Assembly: GCA_963674755.2 (NCBI GenBank)
Contig: CAXXVS010000001.1
Coordinates: forward strand, 576,001-640,000
From: Desulfobacterales bacterium
Lineage (GTDB): Bacteria > Desulfobacterota > Desulfobacteria > Desulfobacterales > UBA5852
Length of the DNA: 64,000 nt
Direction: 5' to 3'
The first letter of the stretch is position 1. Every line of letters starts with the position of its first letter. Shown in pieces: positions 28,111 to 37,921 of this stretch. The position numbers and the translations under genes were made by a program. The notes below the pieces were generated by a model, which had not been told where the DNA came from, ran no database searches, and was given only the letters and a program-made list of their open reading frames with translations.

Positions 28111-29466
28111 TTAGGAGGCCCGGGTGACGCCGCGTTCCTCCAGATCCAGGATGGACTGTCGCACGTCTTCCCCTAAAGCTTCGGCTTTGCGGAAAGCCGT
28201 CAGGGCCTTTTGATACTGGCCGGTTTTGCGTAACAGCCGCCCCAGGCGGATATGAAAGCGCCCCTCGTCAGGTTTAATGTCGACACTTTGCTGGCAGAAG
28301 GCAAGGGCGATATCCAGATTTTCATTTTTCAATTCATAGCAACGGCCCAAGCCCGACAGGGCCGGGGCATCGTTGGGGTGCAGCCGCAGGGCCTTTTTGT
28401 AGGGTGCCACCGCCTGGTCCACGAGGCGCTGGGCCAGGAAAATATCCCCCAGAAAACGTTGCACCAGGGCGGATTCGGGTTTGAGGGCGGCGGCACGCTG
28501 GATCAGGCCCTGGGCTTTTTCGGGTTTGTCCATTTCCAGCAGGAGCTTGCCGGCCTGGAAGTTGAGCTCGAACACGTCTTTTCCCAAAGGTGCGGCTTTC
28601 AGCCAGCAGGTGAGCGCCTTGTTCCGCCGGTCCATCAAAAGGTTGACCAGGCCGGCGTTGTAGAGGGAGAGAATTTCCGTGGGATTGATTTTGAGGGCCG
28701 TTTCGAAGGCCGTGAGGGCTTTGGGGTAGTTTTGCTGCACGCCGAAGCATACTCCCAGACTGTTGAGCACATTGACATTCTTGGGATCCAGCCGCAGCGC
28801 GTTACGGAACTCCCCGATAGCGCCGTCGATGTCGCCGGCATCGTAGCAGCGGTCGCCGCTGATGTTGAGGCTTACGGCATCGAAACAGGCACGGCCCCCG
28901 GGCCCCAGGAAAAGGGCGTGCTCCAGCGCCTTGTGCGCATTGGCCAGAACATCCGCCGCGGCGTACTTGAGACAGGGAAAGGCCGACAGTCCGATGGTAA
29001 GGCTGATCCCGAAGGCGGCATTGAGGCGGTCCTGGAGCGCTTTGGCGATGGCCAGCGAGGAGGCCATATCTTTGCCGGGAAAGACACAGCCGAAAATATC
29101 GCCGGCCACCAGCCCCCAGCGGCCGTTTTCAGCGGCGCATTTTTTGTCGATGGCGTCGGCCACGGCCAGGCGCAGCTGCTGAAAACGTTCCAGGTCGTCG
29201 GCGTAGCGGGCACTATTGTCGATGCGCAGGGCCAGGGCAGTGAAGTGAGGTTGGCCGGCGGCCTGGTGGGCCGCCCAGGTCGTGTAGGCCGTTTCCGTCC
29301 GCAGGTCCGGGTAGCGCCGGCGCAGAGGGTCATCGGCCCCGGTGGGCATTCCGGGCAAGAGGGCCGCGTTCGGTGCCGTGCGGGCCCCCTCGGCCGGGGT
29401 CTTGGCGTAGAGAAAGTGTTCGCTGGCGGTGAGATCGCGGTCCGCGCGGTTTGCGGCTGACGTCAT
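28111..29466 (-). CDS. TPR protein with N-terminal degenerate GGDEF-like domain
   Basis: ALRID...GRWGLVAGDIFG...SLTIGLSAF..ANAHKALEHA..G.G cyclase-like fold, then TPR repeats. Confidence 0.72.
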   Translation of the reverse strand: MTSAANRADRDLTASEHFLYAKTPAEGARTAPNAALLPGMPTGADDPLRRRYPDLRTETAYTTWAAHQAAGQPHFTALALRIDNSARYADDLERFQQLRLAVADAIDKKCAAENGRWGLVAGDIFGCVFPGKDMASSLAIAKALQDRLNAAFGISLTIGLSAFPCLKYAAADVLANAHKALEHALFLGPGGRACFDAVSLNISGDRCYDAGDIDGAIGEFRNALRLDPKNVNVLNSLGVCFGVQQNYPKALTAFETALKINPTEILSLYNAGLVNLLMDRRNKALTCWLKAAPLGKDVFELNFQAGKLLLEMDKPEKAQGLIQRAAALKPESALVQRFLGDIFLAQRLVDQAVAPYKKALRLHPNDAPALSGLGRCYELKNENLDIALAFCQQSVDIKPDEGRFHIRLGRLLRKTGQYQKALTAFRKAEALGEDVRQSILDLEERGVTRAS

Positions 29467-30884
29467 GAAGACTCCTTTTTCAGCATGTGCCGGAAAGCCT
29501 GTTCGATAGGGGGCAGGTCGTCATCCTGCAGGGTACGGGCGTCCATGATAAAATGGTCTTTTTCGATGCGGCCGACAATGGGCGGGGTGTGACGTCGCAG
29601 GAAGGCTTCCGTGCGCTGGGCCGAACCTTCCTGGAAAGCGACCGCCACCCCGTGGCTGGGAAGCACCAGGCGCGGCAGCGAGCCGCCGCCGATGCGCGAT
29701 GGGACCGAAACCTTTTCAAAGGTCAGGCCGGGGAAACCGATACGCTGCAGGCGCTTCCACAGACGCTCGGCCCGGTCGGCCAGAACCTTGTCGGGGGCCA
29801 TCATCATGGCCAGGGTGGGAATGGCGGCCATGGCCCGGGACTCCTCGCGGTATAGCCGCAGGGTGCTTTCCAGGGCGGCCAGGGTCAGTTTGTCGATGCG
29901 CAGGGCCCGGTTGATGGGGTTCTTTTTGATGGCCTCCAGATAGGTGCGCCGGCCGACGATGATGCCGGCCTGAGGCCCCCCCAGCAATTTGTCGCCGCTG
30001 AAAGTGACGACATCGGCACCGCTGGCCACCGCATCCTGGACCGTGGGCTCATAGGGCAGGCCATAGCGCCTGAAATCCACAAACGTGCCGCTGCCCAGAT
30101 CTTCCATGACCGGCAGTTCCTGCCGGCGGCCGAGGTCCACCAGCTCCTTGAGCGATACGGCCTTGGTAAAGCCGGTGATGGCGAAATTGCTCTGGTGGAC
30201 CTTGAGCAGCAGTCCGGTGGCTTCGCCGATGGCGCCGGCGTAGTCCCTTAAATGGGTGCGGTTGGTGGTGCCCACTTCCTTGAGCAGCGCCCCGCTCTTG
30301 GCCATGACGTCGGGAATGCGGAAAGCGCCGCCGATTTCAACCAGCTCGCCCCGGGAGACCACGACCTCGCGGTCCCTGGCCAGGGTTTCCAGGGCGATCA
30401 GGACGGCCCCGGCATTGTTGTTGACCACCAGTCCGGCTTCGGCGCCGGTGATCTCGCAGAGCAGGTCTTCCACCGCGCTGTAGCGCGAGCCGCGGCGGCC
30501 CTCTGCCAGATTGAATTCCAGGTTGGAATAGCGGCGGGCGATAAGGGTCAGATTGTCGACCGCCTCCTGGCAGAGCAGGGAGCGCCCCAGGTTGGTGTGA
30601 ATGACGATGCCGGTGGCGTTGATGGCCGGTCGCAGGTTGGGCTGCATGGCAGTGGCCACCAGGGCTTCCATGCGGCGCAGGATGGCCGCTTCGTCCACAT
30701 CGGCGGTGTCCACCCGGTCCTTGTCGTGCAGCAGCTGGTGGCGCAGGGCCTCGATAGCGGTGCGGGCGGCATTGGAAAGCACGGAATGCGGCGTTGTACG
30801 CAGGGTGTCGGAAGTTTTAGCGCATTCCAGCAAGCGATCGACAGCGGGCAGGCGTTGCAGCAGGATTTGGGTATGATCGTCCAT
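29463..30884 (-). CDS. selA: L-seryl-tRNA(Sec) selenium transferase
   Basis: INATGIVIHTNLGRS, VNNNAGA, SRGELVEIGGAFRIPDVM, EVGTTNRT, EDLGSG, FSGDKLLGGPQAG. Confidence 0.97.
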   Translation of the reverse strand: MDDHTQILLQRLPAVDRLLECAKTSDTLRTTPHSVLSNAARTAIEALRHQLLHDKDRVDTADVDEAAILRRMEALVATAMQPNLRPAINATGIVIHTNLGRSLLCQEAVDNLTLIARRYSNLEFNLAEGRRGSRYSAVEDLLCEITGAEAGLVVNNNAGAVLIALETLARDREVVVSRGELVEIGGAFRIPDVMAKSGALLKEVGTTNRTHLRDYAGAIGEATGLLLKVHQSNFAITGFTKAVSLKELVDLGRRQELPVMEDLGSGTFVDFRRYGLPYEPTVQDAVASGADVVTFSGDKLLGGPQAGIIVGRRTYLEAIKKNPINRALRIDKLTLAALESTLRLYREESRAMAAIPTLAMMMAPDKVLADRAERLWKRLQRIGFPGLTFEKVSVPSRIGGGSLPRLVLPSHGVAVAFQEGSAQRTEAFLRRHTPPIVGRIEKDHFIMDARTLQDDDLPPIEQAFRHMLKKESS

Positions 30885-31043
30885 CCTTCACCTTCAGCGG
30901 CCCGGCACGTGTCAGCGGGTCCTGTGTTGCGATTGAAAGGGTAATCTCAAACTTTACTTTTTAGCATCGAAAAGCTAAATAATTCAATCAATTTATTGCC
31001 CACAAGCGGGCCCCCGGGATACCCGGCGGCCGGAGGGAGGTCT

Positions 31044-31772
31044 ATGCGAACGCCGCAGGATTACATTGTCTTCCCCCTCGATGTGGCCACACGCGCCGAG
31101 GCGGAACAACTGGTGGGGCAGCTCAGCGGCCATGTGGGGCTGTTCAAGGTGGGGCTGGAATTGTTCATCCGGTCCGGGCCGGATCTGATCCGATGGATCC
31201 AGGCCCAGGGAACGGCCGGGATTTTTCTGGATCTCAAGCTCCACGACATCCCCGTCACCGTGGCGCGCGCCATGGAAGGTATTTGCGATCTGGGAGTCGT
31301 CCTGACCACGATCCATTGCGGTGAAAGCCCCCGCATGCTGGAAGCGGCGGTGGCGGCCGGCCGCGGGCGGACCAGAATCCTGGCAGTGACGGTGCTGACC
31401 AGCGTGGGGCCCGAAGAGCTGCAGCAGGCCGGTCTGTCCCCGGCCCTGGCCGGGGACCTGGAAGCCCTGGTCCGGCAGCGCGCCCGCATGGCGCGGTCCG
31501 CCGGCTGTGACGGGGTGGTTTGTTCCGGCTGGGAGGCGGGGGCGATCAAAGGCGACTTGGGGCCGGACTTTTTAGCGGTCACGCCGGGCATCCGCCCGGC
31601 CTGGGAGGCGAGCGGGGCCGATGATCAGCGGCGCGTCATGACACCGGCGGAAGCCGTGCGCAACGGGGCGGACTATATCGTCATCGGGCGGCCCATCCGG
31701 ACCGCGCCCGATCCGGTGCTGGCCGCCCGGCGGGTGGCCGAGGAGATTGCAGTGGAATTGTCGCAGGGATGA
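31044..31772 (+). CDS. pyrF: Orotidine 5'-phosphate decarboxylase
   Basis: FKVGLELF, FLDLKLHDIPVTV, VTVLTS, VTPGIRP, DDQRR, IGRPI. Confidence 0.96.
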   Translation: MRTPQDYIVFPLDVATRAEAEQLVGQLSGHVGLFKVGLELFIRSGPDLIRWIQAQGTAGIFLDLKLHDIPVTVARAMEGICDLGVVLTTIHCGESPRMLEAAVAAGRGRTRILAVTVLTSVGPEELQQAGLSPALAGDLEALVRQRARMARSAGCDGVVCSGWEAGAIKGDLGPDFLAVTPGIRPAWEASGADDQRRVMTPAEAVRNGADYIVIGRPIRTAPDPVLAARRVAEEIAVELSQG

Positions 31773-31859
31773 CCCAATAGGGTGGGCGATGGTCCGGCAT
31801 TCGTTTGGAATTAAGTCCTCGGTCTTTGGTGGAGGATCCGGGGAGGTTTTACGTAAATG

Positions 31860-32070
31860 ATTTCTTCATTTTCTTCCACGTGGAAGAAAACGAAGCAAAA
31901 GAAGACGCCCGTGTCCCGCGGCCCCTTTGGGGCTTCCCTGCGCGTCGTCGCGGCGGTCGGATCACGCGGAAACTCGCCCCGCCTTCGCTATCGCTACGGC
32001 GGGACTCAAACAGTCCGCGCGATTTTTCCCGACCGCCCCGCCGATGCTCGGCGCGGGACAAAGGGAAACC
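31860..32070. repeat. Structured intergenic element between convergent pyrF and lysC (MITE/REP-like)
   Basis: Hairpins TTTTCTTCCACGTGGAAGAAAA, TGTCCCGCG..CGCGGGACA and GCGGTCGG..CCGACCGC; one copy in the window. Confidence 0.5.
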
Positions 32071-32141
32071 AGAAACCGAAGCCAAGCCCCCTTCGAGGGG
32101 GCTTCCTGAAGCTTCCCGCTATGCGGGAGGAGGCTTACTGG

Positions 32142-32237
32142 TCAATACCAGCAAAGATACCGGACCAGGGTCAGGACGGCCACCACCGCGGTCAGGAGAA
32201 TTACCAGCACGAGCTGATCGCGGGAAAAGGAGCGCAC
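32142..32237 (-). CDS. Possible 31-aa single-TM peptide (MRSFSRDQLVLVILLTAVVAVLTLVRYLCWY)
   Basis: GTG start 13 nt after the lysC stop; strongly hydrophobic core; weak RBS. Confidence 0.35.
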   Translation of the reverse strand: MRSFSRDQLVLVILLTAVVAVLTLVRYLCWY

Positions 32238-32250
32238 CGTTCGGGTGTTC

Positions 32251-33468
32251 CTAGGGGTTGTCCAGGTCAAAGGCCGTGTGCAGGACGCGGACGGCCAGTT
32301 CGGCGTATTTTTCCGTCACGACACAGGAAATGCGGATTTCCGAAGTGGCGATGAGGCGGATGTTGATATTTTCGCTGGCCAGGGTTTCAAACATCTTGGT
32401 GGCCACGCCGGAATGGTTTTTCATCCCCACCCCGATCACCGAAACCTTGGCGATGTTCGGATCGCCCAATACTTCCTCCGCCGCGATTTCCCTGGCCACT
32501 TGCTCTTGGATGGCCAGGGCCTGCTTGAAGTCTGTCTTGGGCACGGTGAAGGTGAGATCCGTCTGTCCGCCGGAGCGCATGTTCTGGATGATCATGTCGA
32601 CCACGATGCCGGCTTTTGCAATCGGGGAGAACACCTTGGCGGCCACCCCCGGCTGATCCGGGACTTTTTTCAGTGTGATCCGGGCCTGGTTCTTGTCGCA
32701 GGTCACACCGGATACCAAAAGCTTCTCCATGCTGGCGTCTTCATTGACCACCATCGTTCCCTCCTCATCACGGAATGACGATCGCACGTGTACGGGCACG
32801 TTGTATTTCTTGGCAAATTCCACCGACCGGATCTGCAGGACCTTGGCGCCCAGGCTGGCCATTTCGAGCATTTCGTCGTAGCTCACTCGCGTCATCTTAC
32901 GGGCCCGGGGGCAGATATTGGGGTCGGTGGTGTAGATGCCGTCCACGTCGGTGTAGATTTCGCAGCTGTCCGCCTTGACAGCGGCGGCAATGGCGACGGC
33001 CGAAGTGTCCGAGCCGCCGCGTCCCAGGGTGGTGATGTTGCCGTTGATGTCGCTGCCCTGAAAGCCGGCCACCACGGCGATTTTATGGTTCCCGACGAGG
33101 TGCCGGATGGTATCGGCGCTGATGTCCAGGATGCGGGCATTGCCGAAGTCGCAGTCGGTCACCACCCGCGCCTGGTGGCCCAGGACGGACGCGGCCGCGT
33201 AGTTCATGGATCGCAGGGTCATGGCCAGGAGCGCCGCCGTGGTCTGCTCACCTGTGGCCAGCAGGACGTCCAGTTCCCGTTTTTCCGGAATGTCGGTGAC
33301 CTGATGTGCCATGCGGATCAGGTTGTCGGTCACGCCGGCCATGGCCGACAGGATAACTACGACATCGTTGCCGCTGTCATAGGTGCGGGCAACCCGTTTG
33401 GCGACGTTGCGGATGCGATCCAGATCCGCCACCGAGGTGCCGCCGTATTTCTGTACGATTAAGCCCAT
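32251..33468 (-). CDS. lysC: Aspartate kinase
   Basis: VQKYGGTSV, SAMAG.TD, TTLGRGGSDTSA, YTDVDG, two ACT domains, TSEIRISC. Confidence 0.97.
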   Translation of the reverse strand: MGLIVQKYGGTSVADLDRIRNVAKRVARTYDSGNDVVVILSAMAGVTDNLIRMAHQVTDIPEKRELDVLLATGEQTTAALLAMTLRSMNYAAASVLGHQARVVTDCDFGNARILDISADTIRHLVGNHKIAVVAGFQGSDINGNITTLGRGGSDTSAVAIAAAVKADSCEIYTDVDGIYTTDPNICPRARKMTRVSYDEMLEMASLGAKVLQIRSVEFAKKYNVPVHVRSSFRDEEGTMVVNEDASMEKLLVSGVTCDKNQARITLKKVPDQPGVAAKVFSPIAKAGIVVDMIIQNMRSGGQTDLTFTVPKTDFKQALAIQEQVAREIAAEEVLGDPNIAKVSVIGVGMKNHSGVATKMFETLASENINIRLIATSEIRISCVVTEKYAELAVRVLHTAFDLDNP

Positions 33469-33477
33469 AGATTCCTC

Positions 33478-33957
33478 TCAGATGAAGTCCGGGAGCCCTT
33501 GTAGCAAAATCGACGGCGCAAGTCCATATGCCGTGATGGTGATCCGGCGGGAAGTTTCATCCACCAACCGGATGTCCACCGACAGGTGTTCCCGGGGCAG
33601 GTCGCTTGTCAGGCGCTCCGACCATTCGATGGCTGTGACGCCGGGCTCTCCCATGAGATCCAAAAGGCCGATATCTTCCAGATCACCGCCGGCAAGGCGG
33701 TAGAGATCGACGTGGTGGAGGGTGAGGCGTCCCGGATAGGAATGGATGAGCGTGTAGGACGGACTGGTGACATAGTGGTCGGCAGGCACCCGAAGGCCCC
33801 GGGCCAGCCCCTGCACGAAGCAGGTCTTACCGCTGCCCAGATCCCCGGTGAGAGTGATCACCAGCGACGGCTCGGCCCGCCGGCCGACGTGCGCGGCGAT
33901 TGCGCGGGTGCGTTCGGGTGAATCGGAGACGAGGGTGCAGGATGTCGTCGTGGTCAT
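33478..33957 (-). CDS. tsaE: t6A biosynthesis ATPase TsaE
   Basis: LTGDLGSGKT, VTSPSYT, HVDLYRL, IEWS. Confidence 0.95.
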   Translation of the reverse strand: MTTTTSCTLVSDSPERTRAIAAHVGRRAEPSLVITLTGDLGSGKTCFVQGLARGLRVPADHYVTSPSYTLIHSYPGRLTLHHVDLYRLAGGDLEDIGLLDLMGEPGVTAIEWSERLTSDLPREHLSVDIRLVDETSRRITITAYGLAPSILLQGLPDFI

Positions 33958-34003
33958 GGAACCTGTCCTTCAGGGGAGAGAAACCGGCGAAAGGACGCTT
34001 TGC

Positions 34004-34175
34004 ATCGGGATCGAAATCACTATCGGTATCGTCTTTCGAGGTGCCTTAGGCCGCCGGTTTTTCGCTATCCCATATCCGGCCTCCCGGCGGAATCGATGGC
34101 AGGAAGTCTGGCGAAAGACTTTACCGTTGCGCAGGATGCCATCGCGATAACGATCCCGGATTTGATGGCGATGGC
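34004..34175. repeat. Inverted pair of ATCGNN hexamer arrays
   Basis: ATCGGG ATCGAA ATCACT ATCGGT ATCG (34004-34031) and CGATAA CGATCC CGGATT TGATGG CGATGG (34145-34175). Confidence 0.6.
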
Positions 34176-34224
34176 ATGGCCGGCCCGGTACGGCCGGCTT
34201 GCGCATGTTCTGATCCGCTGACGG

Positions 34225-34944
34225 CTAAGTGTTTTCAAGCTGGATGATCATCTCCCGCACGGCGGTTTCCATGCCCACCAGCAAGGCCCGGGCGACAATG
34301 CTGTGCCCGATGATGCAGGTTTCGATTTCGCCGAGCTTGCCGATGGCCCGGGCCGTGGCGTAGTGCAGACCGGCCCCGGCCGCCACCCGCAGCTTCAACT
34401 TGGCGGCGATTTTGGCCGCATCCACCAGCCGGGCCAGAAGGCGTTCGCGGGTGGCCGGCAGGACGTGGCCGGAATAGGCGGCGGTATGGAGCTGCACCCC
34501 GTCGACATTCAGGCGGTGGGCCATTTTGATATGTTCGGGATCGGGGTCGGTCAGCAGGAACACCGGGATGCCGCTGTCCCGGATGGTGGCAATCGTATCC
34601 TTGACGTCGGCATGATCGAGGACCAGATCGAGCCCCCCCTCGGCCGAGGCTTCATCAGGGCGCTCGGGCACCAGGACGACCTCATCCGGTTTGACATCGA
34701 GGGCCACGCCCATCATTTCGGAAGAGGGCGCCATGGCCAGGACAAAACGCCCTTGAACGATCTCCCGCAGGACACGGACATCCCGGTCGTTGACAGTGCG
34801 GCGGTCGGCCGTAAAACGGACGGCAATGCCGACCGCACCGGCCAATTCCGCCAGAACGGCGGCGGCGGCGGGATCGGGCTGATTGCGGCCGTGGCGCTGA
34901 CGCAGCGCAGCCACATGATTTACATTGACGACGAGATCCGGCAT
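34225..34944 (-). CDS. pdxJ: PdxJ (pyridoxine 5'-phosphate synthase) homologue with a degenerate active site
   Basis: VNVNHVA.LR, PDP..AA.LAE.AGA.GI, DRR...DRD, LVPE....EGGLD, LHT, IGHSI.ARAL; several catalytic residues substituted. Confidence 0.8.
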   Translation of the reverse strand: MPDLVVNVNHVAALRQRHGRNQPDPAAAAVLAELAGAVGIAVRFTADRRTVNDRDVRVLREIVQGRFVLAMAPSSEMMGVALDVKPDEVVLVPERPDEASAEGGLDLVLDHADVKDTIATIRDSGIPVFLLTDPDPEHIKMAHRLNVDGVQLHTAAYSGHVLPATRERLLARLVDAAKIAAKLKLRVAAGAGLHYATARAIGKLGEIETCIIGHSIVARALLVGMETAVREMIIQLENT

Positions 34945-34996
34945 GGTTCCTCCACGAATCGTTTGGCGGCGTACTTTTTGGGATTTTCCCGGCGCG

Positions 34997-35446
34997 CTAT
35001 AGCTCCGGCATCGGCGCAACGCATCGCAGGAGTTCTTCGCTTTTGGCCTGCATGCGGTGCTCTTCCTCCTCCGATTGCTCATGATCGAAGCCGAACAGAT
35101 GCAGGATGCCATGAATCAGCAATTCGGTGAAATGGAACGCAAAGCTGACGCCGGCCGATTGGGCCTCACGCCGGCAGGTTTCCACTGAAATGACCACATC
35201 GCCCAGCAGCTGGGGAGCGAGGTCGCCGAAGGCGCCCTCTTTCATGGAAAAGGCCAGGACGTTGGTCGGGCCGGAACGACCGCGGTAGGTTTGATTGAGG
35301 GCGGCGATGCCGGGATCGTCGACGATCAGAAGCGACAGCTCGCCGTCAGGACAGTCCAAGGCGTCTAAGATGGCCGTGGCCGTTTTCTTCAGCTCGGCGT
35401 TGGGAATCGCTAGCTGACTTTGCTGATTGTCGATCAGGATTTCCAT
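34997..35446 (-). CDS. ybeY: rRNA maturation endoribonuclease YbeY
   Basis: LNQTYRG..PTNVLAF, LGDVVIS, HGILHLFGFDH. Confidence 0.95.
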   Translation of the reverse strand: MEILIDNQQSQLAIPNAELKKTATAILDALDCPDGELSLLIVDDPGIAALNQTYRGRSGPTNVLAFSMKEGAFGDLAPQLLGDVVISVETCRREAQSAGVSFAFHFTELLIHGILHLFGFDHEQSEEEEHRMQAKSEELLRCVAPMPEL

Positions 35447-37822
35447 TGTGACCCCTCTTCCGGGCAAGGGTACCGACGCGCTTTTCGGGGTACTCGATAC
35501 GGTGATGGTGAATGCCGTTCAAAATCGTGTTGAAGGATTTGGCGATACTGTGAAGATCGCGCAAGGTCAACTCGCAGTTGTCCAACTGCCCATCGGAGAA
35601 AATCCGGTTGACGAGCTTTTGCACGAGTCCCTGGAGACGTGACGGCGTGGGATTGTCAAGCACCCGGGAGGCCGCCTCGACAACATCGGCCAGCATGACC
35701 AGGCCGGCTTCGCGGGTTTGGGGTTTGGGGCCGGGTAGCGGTAGTCGTCGATGTTGACGGCATCTTCGCCTTTGAGCTGTTTGGCTTTGTCGTAGAAGTA
35801 ATGAATCAGACTGGTGCCGTGATGCTGGCGGATCGTATCCGTGATGGGCTGGCCCAGCTTGTATTGACGGGCCATGTCCATGCCGTCTTTGATATGGGCG
35901 ATCAAGATGAGGGCCGACATGGAGGGCGCCAATTTGTCGTGCCGGTTGCGTCCGTCGCTTTGATTTTCGATAAAGTAGGCCGGCTTGCGGATTTTGCCGA
36001 TGTCGTGGTAATAGCCGCAGACCTTTGCCAGCAGGGGGTTGGCGCCGATTTCTGCCGCGGCGGCTTCGACCAGATTGCCCACGATGACCGAGTGATGGTA
36101 GGTCCCTGGTGCTTCAATCATCAGCCGGCGCATGAGGGGCTGGTCCAGATTGGCCAGCTCCAGCAGTTTGATGTCGGACGTATAATCGAAGAGCATTTCG
36201 ATGATCGGAACGAGCCCGGTGGCGATAATGGCTGAGGCCATACCGCCGATAAAGCCGAAGAGACAGCCCCACAGAATGGCCGCCGGGCTTTCGAAGCCGG
36301 CATAGATGCCGATCGCGGCGGCCAGCGCGATGTTGAGCAGGCCCGTCATCAGACCCGCCTTGATGAAGACCTTGCGCTGCCGGCAATTCTGAACCCAGTA
36401 GGCGGCCATGGCGCCGCTGATCATGAAGAAGACCAGTGCTTCAAAACTGCCGTGAAAAACGATGGCCGTGCCGATGGCGAGGATCACGCTTAATAAAACA
36501 GCACTTTCCAAGCCCATGAAGAGACAGATCAGCATGGTGGCCGAACTGATGGGCGTGGCATAAAAGAGCGAAAGGGCCTCGAAAGAAAAAGGCACGTTTT
36601 GGGAGAGGGTGCGCGACAGCGACCCGGCCACCTCGGCCAGCATGAAAAAAGCGCACAGCACAACGGAAGAGAAGATGATGTCGCGGTTGAGCGTGCGCGC
36701 AGGGGGTGGATTGGCCTGGGGGCGATAGCGGAGAAGATAAATGGACAGCAGGACACACAGCATGAGCAGGGCGGCGCCTAAACTGCTCAAGGCGATCCGC
36801 TGGCTCTGGTGCTCTTCCTGGATGGCCTGCAGCTTCAGCACCTGGACGGGCGTTACCCGTTCCCCCTCGCGCAGCAGCATTTCGCCGGCCTTGATTTTGT
36901 GGAAAACAGGCTTGACCTCGGCGACGGCCGCATCCCGTCTTTCCTGGGTTTCCCGGCGGTTGAGGGTGATGTTGGGCTGCAGCAGTTCCTGGGTGAGGTC
37001 GACGATCAAATCCGCATCACGGTAGCCAAGGTCTTTCAGTACGGGCTGGCCCATGATGCGGACCATCATCTGGGCTTCTTCCAGATCGTAAAACTGACGC
37101 AAATTGCGGACGATGCGTTCCTTATCGGTGCCGACCGTGCGCAGGATAATGCCCCGGTCCGATTCGCGCAGCAGAATCTCTTTGTTGGCGACCACACCGG
37201 TTTTCAGGATTTCATAGAGGATTTGGACCATGCGATCGGCGATGTTCTGGGAGAAGCGGGATTTCACCAGCAGGCGGTAGACGTCGTCCGGGATGTTGAT
37301 GCCGAGTTTTTCGCCAAATTCGCTTTGCTTTTCCAGGAGGGCCTTGGGGACCGCCAGCCCGCCTTTTTTCTCGACCGGCGGGGCGGCCGGGAGAGCCGGC
37401 ACTTCAAGCTGGGGATGGCCTAACGCGGGGGCCTTGTCGGCCGGTTGAACGGCCGCGGCGCGCAATTTTTCTTTGGCCTCGAGCTCGGCCAGGCTGCTGC
37501 GCATGTCGCGGAAGACCTGGTCGATATTGCGCGTCAGGTTGCGAGACAGGAGAACGTCGTAATCATAGACCGTCAAGGTCTCCTCGGCGGCCTTGCGCTG
37601 ATTGGCTTCAGTGGCCTGGCGGTCTTCGATCAGAAAATCCCGGGAGGCCTTGATATCGCGTTCGGCCACGTCGCCGACGCGGTAGGTAAGATCCGTCACG
37701 GCCAGGCCGGGGTAAAGCAGCGCGGTGAAGACCAGCAGGACCGCCAGCAGCATCAGCCAGCGTACCCGGTGTTCGGAAACGGCAAGTTTCAAAGCGCTAA
37801 ATTTGAATCGGTCGGAATGCAT
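35346..37822 (-). pseudogene. 7TM-HD phosphohydrolase (PgpH/YqfF-like), split by a 1-nt frameshift near 35730
   Basis: 7TM-HD extracellular region, TM bundle, EAPGTYHHS, YYHDIGK, HHGT; the expected YRYPGPKPQTREAGLVMLAD reads across two frames (ORFs 35567-37822 and 35346-35696). May be a sequencing error. Confidence 0.85.
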
Positions 37823-37921
37823 ATGCGCGTCTGCTTCGACAATTAGAGAAAGCGATGGCCATCAGCGGTCCCCGGCCATGAACCAGGACGATTGGGGCGC
37901 ACGGCGCGAAACGCTTCTGTT

